The position numbers and the translations under genes are program-made. From Andalucia godoyi And28 (Eukaryota > Protista > Jakobida): 64,000 nt of DNA. A model generated the notes under the pieces. The model was not told the origin of the DNA. It searched no databases and saw nothing but the letters and a program-made list of their open reading frames with translations. This document shows positions 51,865 to 62,295 of the stretch, in pieces. Each line of letters opens with the position of its first letter. Within the stretch, counting starts at the first letter, position 1. Location: assembly GCA_009859145.1 (NCBI GenBank), contig VRVR01000048.1:103763-167762 (forward strand), in the 5' to 3' direction.

Positions 51865-52734
51865 TCAGAACTGTTTGTTGAAAACAGTGTCTTTCATTTC
51901 ATCAAAGCTGATGAATGGGTCGGACGGTGGTCGCTGAAGCCAGTTCGAAGCGGACCAGTCGCTGACTCCCGGCACGAGGTCCACAACATGCAACGAATAG
52001 GCGTGTCTGGACGCAGCCGATGCATTCGCATAGCTATAATGCACAACCGCACCATGCAGCACAACAAGCGTTCCTGCCTTCACTTCGACGGGAACACAAT
52101 CTGCCGTATCGTACTTGTATTCCGTGTTGAACGTGCATCCATGCCTGTCTTCCGTGAGATTGAACCGTCTCTTCACACCCATAGCGTGGCTTCCCGGTCC
52201 GCAGTACAAACAACCATTATCAACGGTTGCATCGTCTATCGCAAGCCAAAGACCAATGCACGTGTCATTCGGAGTCGTTTGCAGAAACGTGGAATCCTGA
52301 TGCGCAGACACCTCCCCTCCAAACCTCCCGCTCTTGGAGATCCACATTGACTGCACAGGGACAGGATTCGCCATTCCAAGAATCCGACACACCTTTTCTA
52401 TGCCGGAAGAGTACGAATAGCTGCGAAACACATCGTCTTTTGTATGCAAATCATGGCCAATCTTGTTGACTACGGATTTGTTGGACTGCTCATAGAAAAC
52501 ATGGACCTTGTTGGACGACGAGATAAATTCATCGTCCGTGTGTCGATGCTGCTCATTTGTCGTAAACACCGAGGTCTTCGAAGGCTTGCTCGACTCAAAA
52601 CCCGAGACAATCTTCAACATCCGCTGCTTCAATGCAGCGAGCGTGGACGGCGGTGCGAAATCAGGGATAATCGCATATCCATCTCTTCCAAACCTCGAAA
52701 GACAACTCTCAATGCTCACGTCCGCTCCCGACAT
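51865..52734 (-). CDS. PHYHD1: Phytanoyl-CoA dioxygenase family protein (PHYHD1-like)
   Basis: NKIGHDLH, QSMWISK..GGEVSAHQDSTFL, GLWLAIDDATVDNGCL, HGAVVHYS..N.S..SRHAY. Confidence 0.92.
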   Translation of the reverse strand: MSGADVSIESCLSRFGRDGYAIIPDFAPPSTLAALKQRMLKIVSGFESSKPSKTSVFTTNEQHRHTDDEFISSSNKVHVFYEQSNKSVVNKIGHDLHTKDDVFRSYSYSSGIEKVCRILGMANPVPVQSMWISKSGRFGGEVSAHQDSTFLQTTPNDTCIGLWLAIDDATVDNGCLYCGPGSHAMGVKRRFNLTEDRHGCTFNTEYKYDTADCVPVEVKAGTLVVLHGAVVHYSYANASAASRHAYSLHVVDLVPGVSDWSASNWLQRPPSDPFISFDEMKDTVFNKQF

Positions 52735-53184
52735 TCTCTCCCAGTTCTATCTCACAGTCTCAGATCCCTGCACAAACACCACCACCCGTCCAGCACCAAA
52801 GAATTTAAAAAGTAATTAAAAAACCAATATAATTCAAAAACGGATGAAGGAAGAAGAATGATCGCCAGAAGAATTTAAAAAAGAGAAAAAAGAGAAAGAA
52901 GAAAACGGCCAGGAATGGACTCTTTTCGAGGATCCTTCGAGTTGTGTGAAGCGCTGGCTCGAGAAACGGACAGTCCTGCATGCAGCACACTGAGCGCTGT
53001 CGTCGTTCGTTGACGTCACAGCAGTAGTAGTGATGATGAACATTGGACGAGGCGCCGGCCTTGATCTCGAAGACGCTGCATACTGGAGACTGACCGTTGT
53101 TTTTGTGAATGCACATGGGTGTGTTGACAGTTTTGGAGGTTTCTTCTTTCTTTATTATGTACAGATGTTAGGAAGACAGGGCAG

Positions 53185-53511
53185 TTACTTTCTTGACACG
53201 ACGAGTTTCGAGTCTTGAGGGCCGCTGCTCGAAGCGATCTGCGTTCCGGCAGCGAGCTGTTGCAAGACTTGTTGGTCTGTCAGCTGCTGCGTAATCATCT
53301 GCAGCGAGTCAACAGCTCTCACGTACAGAGGAGTGTACCGTTTGTGAAACAGCTTCGCATACTTGTGCCGCAGCAGCTGATTCGAAAGATGGAAATGGTC
53401 CAGTACGTAAAGAACAAGAAGACCCATCGACGCCTCCTTTCCAAGCCTAACGATCAGTATCAGCGTGTGAATCGGAAATCGAATCATCGACGCAACGATC
53501 GAAAACACCAT
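53185..53511 (-). CDS. Small hypothetical protein
   Basis: 108-aa ATG ORF with hydrophobic N-terminus, in gene-like spacing. Confidence 0.5.
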   Translation of the reverse strand: MVFSIVASMIRFPIHTLILIVRLGKEASMGLLVLYVLDHFHLSNQLLRHKYAKLFHKRYTPLYVRAVDSLQMITQQLTDQQVLQQLAAGTQIASSSGPQDSKLVVSRK

Positions 53512-53908
53512 TCTTTTTTTTTTTCTTCCCCCACCCGCACTGCTCAACAACACCCCAACGCAAATAAGCACAGCACGCACGTGGTCTCGCAGCCTGGATT
53601 ATGGATGCTCCGGTACAGGTGTCTAGAAGAACCAGATGTCCACGCACTCTCAGAACTCAGAACGTTTCGAACATTTTCATTCTTACGCACTCTGAAGCTG
53701 TACTTGGACACATTCTATTTCAAGAGCACAGTTGAAATGGTCCGGCAAATCTCCCCGTGTGTACGCTGTTCGTGCGTTGGACGTAGCACGTATTACGTGC
53801 TTTATGAAACGGACTACGCAGATCGCAGAGTCGAACCACTGATGAAGTCCCATGCACGGATCCAAATTGCAGCTCTGTTTATTTAGGTTTGGGGTACAAG
53901 ACGGAGGG

Positions 53909-56900
53909 CTAACGCTTGTCTCGAGGCTCTCGAACAAGGGATACTTTCCACAGCTCATTTTCTTCTTGAATGGGCGCATACTTGAGGAAGTCCCTGAGAA
54001 ACGGAACCTCTTCAAAGTGATACGGCGTCTGCTGGTACGTCCGCATCTCCATGATGACACGGGCAACTTGTCTTCGCTTGCCAAAGTTGATGAGCTCGTG
54101 TTCCGTAACAACATCCTTGTTTCCTTCTTCGATAAACGTCAGATCCGTCAGATAAACTCCCGTGTACGGAACACATGGTGGGTTCGAGTTTCGTAGGGCC
54201 TCGCGCAACCTCGCATACGGATGCGCAACCAAGGTTTCCAGCTCCTTGTACGTCTTGTCCGACGCAGCAGGCAGCTGTTCCCACGTCTTCTTCAGCCGAT
54301 GGACGGCCGCATTTCCGAGTCCAGAAACGACTTCATTCACGCCATTATAATTGTTCAAGGATCGCAAGCAGTCTGCAATTTCAATGACACGCTTGAGAAC
54401 ATCCTTGCGCTTGCGCACATCCTCTTCGTTCAAAATCCACTGAACAATGAGGCGCGATGCTCGGTTGAAGTGGTTCACCGATGCGATGATGTTCGGCGCA
54501 AGTTCATTCTTGTTCTTCTTCCCGAACGCATTACCAAGACACTCTTTCGGCTCAATCTTCCTGAACAACTCAGATTCGATAAGAGTCATCTGACGAGCAA
54601 TTTCCATCGGACTCCACTCCAAGATGCTCAAGCTCGGCGAATGAACCTTCGGAATGAGCGACTTTGGCGGAGAGTGCTTGAACACCAGGGACATTTCCTC
54701 CTCAAACCCAAGAAGCTTGCGTTCCAAGGCACGCTTGAGCTGGCGCGCAGTATTCGCAGAATACTTTGCGCCGATATCCTCCTCCAGAAATCGAATCAGA
54801 ATCGCAAGCAGCGGCACCGAAAAGTCATAAAAGTACTTGTCTATCCAGTGTTTGATCGCGTTGCAAACCCGCAAACGGACGGCTGAAAAGTCGTCCTCGT
54901 TAATCGATAGCATGGGCGACGACACGACTGGTGAGCCGGATCCAAGCTCGGAACCACTAAGCGGCGTGCTGCCAGACGCAGAGAATGACGCCTGTGCCGG
55001 GGTCTGTTGGCTCTGCGGGCATGTTGCAGAAAACGGATCGAATCGCAAGATCAACTTACGCAGCAATCTACGCGGAGTCATGAAGGATCGATACGTCAGG
55101 AAAAATACTTGCCGGAAGTTCAGATCCTGTCCAGCACCCATCGTCAGGCATTCCACAAGCTTATCCTCTGTTGCTGCTTTGATGTCTCCTGCACCATTCG
55201 AATTGTCGCCATTTCCATTGTCGTATATAATGCTGCGCTCATCGTCCAGCTGCGCAAATGACGATGACATGACAGCTTCTTCATTTCGAGCCAGCATTTC
55301 TAGGAACGGATCGACGAGAAGCGACAGGCATTTTGTCGCCGTTTTGGAGAACTGCGTCCACGGTAGAATGAGTCCCACAACCTTTCTCCAATTTGAAGTC
55401 GGAAACAGAGCGATGAATGGGTGCTTCATCATAACTTGCAGAAACATTGGGAGCGTATGCACCAGCAAGTAGTCGTCGCGGATGCGATCTCCTTCCGTGA
55501 AGGAAGCGGGAACTATAAACGTTGTCATTGATCGCTGATGTTTGCTGGAATCAGAAGCATCCCGCGCGCCAACACTCGCAGCGGACGAAGCAGGTGCCAT
55601 CTGCGGAGAAAAACACTCCAGCAACGAAGAAAGGACCGCAGTGGCACCGTCAAACAGTCCGCGGAAAACCTCTTGATAAGGGGAGTTCCCATAAACCGCC
55701 TTCTTGTCATCGTACATCGCCTGAGGAACCTTCACGGACAGTGTTGCACCGTACTTGTCGTCAAAATTACGAATCACCAATTCAAAAATTGAGGAAATCG
55801 TCATGCACGCCCGACGTCGGAGATCGTCATCCACAGCCTTGTCGCACAAACAACTGGCACAGCGAGACAGTGAAAAAAGGAAATTTGACAGCTGTTCCAA
55901 GGATAGACTCTGCAGCCAAGGGATCAAGACCTTTTCCGTCTGCACGTTTTCAAGAAGCCACAATAGACACATTGAAACAGCACACATTTCATGAGACTTT
56001 GCACGGAAGTCGTGGAAGGGGTTGAACAAAATCACCTCAGAAGGATCCGTGGATACAGTGGAGGACCGTCGATTCGCAGCACCCACAGAAAGGGCTACCG
56101 ACTTTGTATGCGAAACCAATGACGGTCGAAGAACAATGTCCAAAATGATGGGTGCGTAGTACGAAGCAATAAGCTGCTTGCGGTCAAGTTCCACTCGCGC
56201 ATCAAAATCCACTTTTGCTAGATGATCCGCAAGCACAAACCACACACGGGACGCATAGAAATAGCGAACGCAGTCAATGGCAAGAGGAAGATGCTCAAAC
56301 TCATCACCAGACTTGTTCTTGTTTGCGTATAACACCGCCAAATCCTCTCGAGAAATGGACAGAGAATCACGAACCAGATCTGGGAGCAAGGTCGGCATCA
56401 TACCACAGTCGCCCTTACCGGCAATCGAGAACAACGCATAGTCATAAAAATGTTCGTGGTCAACCAAGATCGCCACAACGTCCGCTCGCAGACCAAACGC
56501 ATGCAAAGCCACTCCACCCGAATACGCGTCTTCCAAATAGCGCATGTACGTGTTGACCAGCGCCCCGCAATACGAGAGAGACAGCAGCGACAGCAGATCT
56601 CGAAGAAAGAGGGCTACCTGAGCATTAATACGACGAGCACGCTCAAAAATACAACGCGGATGCTGAATACCGTGGTCCAAAGCAGCAAAAACATTCATGG
56701 GGCCGTCTGCAGCGCCAGCCGGATCCAAATATGTCGACTTTTTCCCACTGCGCATTCTACGAGACAAAATATCAGCCTTTGACGGCTGGGAACTCATAAA
56801 GAATGCAACAAATGGAGCAAGGATTGTCTGCTCATAAATCTTGCTTGACGACTCTGCCATACGGAATACATGCCCTACAACATGCGCAACGACAATTTTT

Positions 56901-59900
56901 GCATTTCCGAAGAAATTCGTGATCAGCTCATCATGCTGTCGTCTCCGAACATCAGCCTCAGTATGCAACCCCATGCTCTGAAGTTCTGCAATCTGTGCGT
57001 TGACGACAGGGATGTGCAGGGACATGGATTTGATCATAACGTCAAAGAAAAACCAAGAGAAATGCAGCGTTTCTTCCACAGGACTAACAGACGATTTGAT
57101 TGCATCGTCATCAACAGCTCCAGATTTTGCAGCGTCCGAAGACTGCACAGAAATGGCAAAGATAGAATCTGAAATCTGCTTGACCACACCTTGCCGCGGC
57201 TTGTCTGACGATGTTTGGGGAGCTTCTTCATCACCATCTCTCGGCATTCCTTGGGTCAGGCCGTGAATGAGACGATTCGAAATCGACGAAAACCGTTTCA
57301 GGACTGTACCGAGAGGATAGACATAGCGCTTAGTGAATGACAATGGCAATGGAACGTTCTTCAAAGGGGGCTTGCGAAGATCGCAAACAATTCGACCATC
57401 GACCGTGTTTGCATACTGACGAATGTCATCCAAATGAGAGGCTGTGTTTCCATCGATCACAGATTCGTCTTCAAAAAAGGACAAGTCTTCTTCTTCGAAC
57501 ATGGCAGGAATCACAGAAGCTCGGTCGCCCGTAAGTGGCGTCGATGCGATCATTGTTTGGTTGTTCGGAACGAACGACAACCATTGAAGAACATCGTCAA
57601 TTGGGGGGCTATCATCCCATGAGGTCTGCTGGTTTGCAAGAAGCAGTAAACCGAATTGTGCAAGCATTTCTTCTGAGGACTTGGAAGAACCATTGCTCAT
57701 CGAGTCAAAATCTCCAAAATTGAGCGGGCTCGCTGACGAAGAAGGTGAGGAGACACCCGGGTTCGAGGAATCCATTCCTGCAACATTTCCAAACGTTGCA
57801 TCGCGGAACATGTTATCCGCATCGGCGGATACCAAATCTGTCTTCAGTGTGTACAAAAACGCATGGCCTGGAATCCACGCATCCATCTCTAACGGACGAT
57901 CGCTCAGCTCATTTTCCAAGAGAAGCTTCAGCCATTGTTCGCAGATCACAAAGAAGAGTTCGTTCGGCTTCTTGTCTCTCGATTTTTCGAGTTGCTGTAG
58001 GGGTGATAGTCCATCAGAGCGAGGAATATGATCCAAAATGTACTGGACATAACTGGCCAGGACTGCATTTCTGCGAGAAAAGTCATGCTCGACATGGGCG
58101 CACCCACGAAGCAACGACAATGCGGTCAAAAAGCACGCTCTTTGAACCTTTTCAATCCACTGAGAGTACTTCTGCATCAAGTTCTTGTTCGCAGTAACCG
58201 TCGTCAGATTCGGGGAAGAACCACCGGCCTCCATTGGAGCTCTGTTCATCACGGAAAACGACCGTGTGCGACCACCTACCACTGGGGACGAAGTCACGGG
58301 GGACTCGCCTGTAACATCGGAATCAAATCCGAGTTCTGATGCAGGTTTTTCGGTTTTTTCGGGTTGCTGAGACAATTCTTGAACATTGCACATGACATGG
58401 AAGAGCAAGTTGAACAAAACCGGAAGATACGGTACCAATGTGTGGAAACGAGCCCCTCGAAGGTTCGTCATGGATTGCTGTGCCGACGAAAAGGCAGCAT
58501 CAAGAAAGTGTGCTGGCCTCTTCCTCATCATGTCCATACTTTGCAGCAGCGGCTTCACATTTGAATAGAACGATTCGACCGCCGGATCCTGTGCGTACAG
58601 AGTGGATGTAAAGCAAACAGTAACTGCAAACAAGTTCTTTGCCTTGTCGATTTTCTCCATGGAAGACTGCACACCAGCGGACGTATATCCGTCCTTGATG
58701 TTGCGGAATCCGGGAAGCCGGTATGTGTTGTCAGAAAAGATACCAGACTCCGAAACAGGAAGGAATGAATACCCAAGCAAAACATCACTGTCGGGTTCTT
58801 CACCATCCCCCTTGTCCTTAGCGTCTCGCTCTTCAAGAGAGCTCTTGCATCGTACATGGTAAAACACAAACAAAACGTGGTGTTTTCTGTTGGGTGGAAG
58901 CGGAACAGTAACTTTGAGCTCGTCATAAAAGTTAGGAACTCGCTGATGATGGGTGACCGAAGTAGAGCCCATTCGAACAGTATTGGATTTGTCAATCAAG
59001 TTGTGCGCGGTTGGTGCCATCGTCGCCGTAAGAAGATTAACATTGTCATCCGTTCGGAAGTAAACATCCACACGAATGTTTCGAGCAGACACGTTCTTGA
59101 TGGCGGACAGATTCACCGAAAGAGGGTACACGTAGAGTTGGTGAGAGTAATGGAAATAAGGGGAGCGAGGGACTTGGACAGGAAATTCTGGCACAAAATG
59201 GAAGCTGTGTCGCAGCTGTTCTTCAAAAATCCATCGTCGTAGCGCAATGTCTGCAGACCTTTTGCGACTCCTCGTCGAATCCTTGTCCTTGGGTAACATT
59301 TCGTCCAGTTTCCGTTGAGGAGAGCCGTCGGAACCATTGACTTGGATCAGTTCAGCGTCACTTTCTTTGACGGTCGTCTCAGTGGATTCGAGCATGGAGT
59401 GTGCTACATCTTCATCCACAGCAAGAGACAAATCCACCATCTGTTCGAGATGATTCGCGAGAACCGGCGTCACACACAACATCAACCTGGCCGAGATCCT
59501 CTTGTACTTCTGTTCCAGAAATGCGTCGGACTGACCGAATACTTCATTCCACTCAAAGCGTTCGGCAGAGAGGAACGGACAAAAATACAATTTTGAGACA
59601 GACAGAATACCATCGTGCAAGCTGAGGACAGTGCCATTGTCCGTATCATAGAAAATCGGCACACAACCCCAGGCGAGAGGCTGACGAACCTGTCCCAGCC
59701 GAGTGCAGTAATCCATTGCACGGGCACGCATGACATCCGGATCCACTTTTTTGCGGTCAGAACATGCCGGTTCGGAGTATCCCTTTGAGGACACTTCAAG
59801 CGAGCCCTGGAGCACCCGTTCGATCCAGATGCACAGGAATACGCGAGACGACGGCCTGGAGACCTGGAACAACGCCCTGGTGTACGGAATGTGATGCGAA

Positions 59901-61168
59901 TTGGAGAATGTTGTCATTCCGTTTGTAACCGATAGGACCAAATCTTCCGAGATTTTCTTGTTTGCGGCTCCGTCGAACAAGAACACCTTCACATGATGCG
60001 GTTCTACCCGGCCAACGGCAAATTGGACAGGGGAAAGCGACAGTACGAAGCGAGTTGCGTCATCCCCTTGTGAATACGGTGGCAGATCCCGTCGACCGCA
60101 AAACAAATGTTCTCGGCCGCCATCCCAAGTGAACTGGCCGTGTCTTGCTGTGTGGAACAGTGGATTCTTGATGGATTCCTTCAGAGACGCAAGAGCTTCT
60201 GCAGCTTCATCAAGATTGTCCATATCGTCCTTTTCTCCAACACCTCCGCTAGAGGACACTTTTTCCTTGGTGCTGAGCATCTGTTCAAAATACGAAGAGT
60301 CCCACTTTCCGTCAGTTTGCTTCAAAAACTGCGCGTTCCTCCGCTTCACTTGCTTCCACTCGGCTCTAAACACTCGGAATGCCTCTTGCACATGCGGGTC
60401 CAACGACGTGCGATCAACATCCGGAATTTCCGGGTCATCAGCTCCGCCATAACTCGAGGACGAGCTCCCGGCTGAGTCGCTGCGTTTCCTTCCATTCTCT
60501 GGACCGCTGCCAATAACCGTGGATGCGCCGCCATGATCGTGACGAGAAGAGCTCTTGTTAGAGGACATCCGGTGGGTCGGCGGCCTCTCATGACTGTGCA
60601 CTACCATATCAAACAACGGAATCGTAACATCCTGCATCTTTGTTCGACGAAGATCATCAATCAGTTCTGCAAACGAGAACTGCGGGCCGACAGCCTCCAG
60701 ATCCGGGTTCAGAAACCCGCCCTTTGACATGTCTCTTAGGACATCCTTCTCGGAATCCGCCGACGTTGCAATTGAAGAATGAACGGACACGTCCGAAGCT
60801 GCCGAGATGGACGCCACGGACCCAGGAGACAACAGATCGCTTGACGATCTCAAATGCTCCGGCGCAATCTCCGCGTTTGAAACATTCATATTCTCTATTG
60901 CTTCCTCCTCCGCCTCTTCCCCTTCTTCTTCCTGCTCATGCCCGTGCTCATGCTCATGCATGTCTGCCTCATTATGACCGTCTTGATCGGACGCTTCCAG
61001 ACTGGGCTCAGAAACAGACAAGGTCGCCATCGACCCTTCGATCGCCTCGGACCGCAACGACTCAGTTACAGAAGTCGCCGCAGTTGTAGTCATTGTTGTC
61101 GTTCCAGCGTCAGTGTCAGTGTCAGTGTGAATGGCCGTGGCTGGCTCATCCGCTAAGCCGGCCTCCAT
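53909..61168 (-). CDS. DOCK-like (DHR-1/C2) scaffold fused to REM + CDC25 RasGEF domain
   Basis: LYVYPLSVN, HHQRVPNFYDELKV.VP, HHVLFVFYHVRCK (DOCK C2); AATEDKLVE, FFLTYRSFMTP, RVCNAIKHW, EIARQMTL, PCVPYTG.YLTDLTFIEEGN, INFGKRR (RasGEF). Confidence 0.9.
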   Translation of the reverse strand: MEAGLADEPATAIHTDTDTDAGTTTMTTTAATSVTESLRSEAIEGSMATLSVSEPSLEASDQDGHNEADMHEHEHGHEQEEEGEEAEEEAIENMNVSNAEIAPEHLRSSSDLLSPGSVASISAASDVSVHSSIATSADSEKDVLRDMSKGGFLNPDLEAVGPQFSFAELIDDLRRTKMQDVTIPLFDMVVHSHERPPTHRMSSNKSSSRHDHGGASTVIGSGPENGRKRSDSAGSSSSSYGGADDPEIPDVDRTSLDPHVQEAFRVFRAEWKQVKRRNAQFLKQTDGKWDSSYFEQMLSTKEKVSSSGGVGEKDDMDNLDEAAEALASLKESIKNPLFHTARHGQFTWDGGREHLFCGRRDLPPYSQGDDATRFVLSLSPVQFAVGRVEPHHVKVFLFDGAANKKISEDLVLSVTNGMTTFSNSHHIPYTRALFQVSRPSSRVFLCIWIERVLQGSLEVSSKGYSEPACSDRKKVDPDVMRARAMDYCTRLGQVRQPLAWGCVPIFYDTDNGTVLSLHDGILSVSKLYFCPFLSAERFEWNEVFGQSDAFLEQKYKRISARLMLCVTPVLANHLEQMVDLSLAVDEDVAHSMLESTETTVKESDAELIQVNGSDGSPQRKLDEMLPKDKDSTRSRKRSADIALRRWIFEEQLRHSFHFVPEFPVQVPRSPYFHYSHQLYVYPLSVNLSAIKNVSARNIRVDVYFRTDDNVNLLTATMAPTAHNLIDKSNTVRMGSTSVTHHQRVPNFYDELKVTVPLPPNRKHHVLFVFYHVRCKSSLEERDAKDKGDGEEPDSDVLLGYSFLPVSESGIFSDNTYRLPGFRNIKDGYTSAGVQSSMEKIDKAKNLFAVTVCFTSTLYAQDPAVESFYSNVKPLLQSMDMMRKRPAHFLDAAFSSAQQSMTNLRGARFHTLVPYLPVLFNLLFHVMCNVQELSQQPEKTEKPASELGFDSDVTGESPVTSSPVVGGRTRSFSVMNRAPMEAGGSSPNLTTVTANKNLMQKYSQWIEKVQRACFLTALSLLRGCAHVEHDFSRRNAVLASYVQYILDHIPRSDGLSPLQQLEKSRDKKPNELFFVICEQWLKLLLENELSDRPLEMDAWIPGHAFLYTLKTDLVSADADNMFRDATFGNVAGMDSSNPGVSSPSSSASPLNFGDFDSMSNGSSKSSEEMLAQFGLLLLANQQTSWDDSPPIDDVLQWLSFVPNNQTMIASTPLTGDRASVIPAMFEEEDLSFFEDESVIDGNTASHLDDIRQYANTVDGRIVCDLRKPPLKNVPLPLSFTKRYVYPLGTVLKRFSSISNRLIHGLTQGMPRDGDEEAPQTSSDKPRQGVVKQISDSIFAISVQSSDAAKSGAVDDDAIKSSVSPVEETLHFSWFFFDVMIKSMSLHIPVVNAQIAELQSMGLHTEADVRRRQHDELITNFFGNAKIVVAHVVGHVFRMAESSSKIYEQTILAPFVAFFMSSQPSKADILSRRMRSGKKSTYLDPAGAADGPMNVFAALDHGIQHPRCIFERARRINAQVALFLRDLLSLLSLSYCGALVNTYMRYLEDAYSGGVALHAFGLRADVVAILVDHEHFYDYALFSIAGKGDCGMMPTLLPDLVRDSLSISREDLAVLYANKNKSGDEFEHLPLAIDCVRYFYASRVWFVLADHLAKVDFDARVELDRKQLIASYYAPIILDIVLRPSLVSHTKSVALSVGAANRRSSTVSTDPSEVILFNPFHDFRAKSHEMCAVSMCLLWLLENVQTEKVLIPWLQSLSLEQLSNFLFSLSRCASCLCDKAVDDDLRRRACMTISSIFELVIRNFDDKYGATLSVKVPQAMYDDKKAVYGNSPYQEVFRGLFDGATAVLSSLLECFSPQMAPASSAASVGARDASDSSKHQRSMTTFIVPASFTEGDRIRDDYLLVHTLPMFLQVMMKHPFIALFPTSNWRKVVGLILPWTQFSKTATKCLSLLVDPFLEMLARNEEAVMSSSFAQLDDERSIIYDNGNGDNSNGAGDIKAATEDKLVECLTMGAGQDLNFRQVFFLTYRSFMTPRRLLRKLILRFDPFSATCPQSQQTPAQASFSASGSTPLSGSELGSGSPVVSSPMLSINEDDFSAVRLRVCNAIKHWIDKYFYDFSVPLLAILIRFLEEDIGAKYSANTARQLKRALERKLLGFEEEMSLVFKHSPPKSLIPKVHSPSLSILEWSPMEIARQMTLIESELFRKIEPKECLGNAFGKKNKNELAPNIIASVNHFNRASRLIVQWILNEEDVRKRKDVLKRVIEIADCLRSLNNYNGVNEVVSGLGNAAVHRLKKTWEQLPAASDKTYKELETLVAHPYARLREALRNSNPPCVPYTGVYLTDLTFIEEGNKDVVTEHELINFGKRRQVARVIMEMRTYQQTPYHFEEVPFLRDFLKYAPIQEENELWKVSLVREPRDKR

Positions 61169-61619
61169 TATGACTGCCACTTGTCCACTCTCAAAACGTT
61201 AAAAAATTACTTTAAAGCAAAAAGAAAAAACAATAACAGTTATATATATATGTGAAGATAATACAAATGAAGAAGAGAAGATGGATTAAAACGAAACCAA
61301 AAAAATAAAATCTGCGCACTGTCAGAGAGAGGCTTCTCATTCGGCAGAGCCTGCAGAGCTCGGAGAAGGTTGGGAACTCGGACAGTGAAAACAACAGAGG
61401 GCTTGATGCCTTGATGCTCATTTTTCGGGATCCGCACACTACAGTAGGCGACACAGCAAACCTGCATCTTTCCACGTTCAATTGATTCGGTGCTTATCGC
61501 CAGTCTGTTTCTTTCTCTTTCTGCTATAGCTACTTCAGCTCCAACAACAACAACAACAGCAACAACAACAAGAAGTAGTAGTAGTGGTAGTAGTAGTAGT
61601 AGTAGTAGTAGTAGGAATA

Positions 61620-62126
61620 ATGCTGCCCTCCATGGATTCTGTAAAGGGGTTTCTTGGCCTCGGCGAGCCGGAGCCCGTTCGGGAGCCGTCGCTTCTGAAT
61701 GACATCAACGACGCACTAACAATGTCGCGCACACAGCGGTTTTACGGGTTTCTCATATGTATGAGTGCGGGACTTCTGTGTTCTTTTCTGGCAGCTCTGT
61801 ATCTGCCGTCGATCATTGTGAATCCACGCAAATTCGCACTTGTGTACACGCTGGGGAATGTCCTGTCGATTGGATCCACAATGTTTCTCGTCGGACCATG
61901 GGAGCAACTGCGAAAGATGATGGCACCGACCAGGCTCGGGGCAACCGTTGTGTACGTTGTCAGCCTCGGACTGACGCTCTACTGCGCACTTGTCCTCCAT
62001 TCGTCAGGACTGACCCTCGTGTGCTTGGTCATCCAGATTGCCGCTATGATCTGGTATGCTCTGTCGTACGTACCGTTCGGGCGGCAACTCTGCACCATGT
62101 GCTGTGAAAACGCAATGGACATCTAA
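61620..62126 (+). CDS. SFT2: SFT2/Got1-family vesicle transport protein
   Basis: MSRTQRFYGF, KFALVYTLGN, FLVGPWEQLRKM, WYALSYVPFGR. Confidence 0.93.
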   Translation: MLPSMDSVKGFLGLGEPEPVREPSLLNDINDALTMSRTQRFYGFLICMSAGLLCSFLAALYLPSIIVNPRKFALVYTLGNVLSIGSTMFLVGPWEQLRKMMAPTRLGATVVYVVSLGLTLYCALVLHSSGLTLVCLVIQIAAMIWYALSYVPFGRQLCTMCCENAMDI

Positions 62127-62295
62127 TTTATGCAAAACTCTTTTTCTTTTTAATTCTTCATAATAAATACTGGTATATGTATATTAAACAAGCCAACTTC
62201 GGTGCCAAGAAATCGTTTTCGGACGTCGTCGTTCGGTCCTTTCCGTTCTAAGAATGTTCGGTGTGACAACAGCCCCCCTCCCCCCGCGCCACTTT

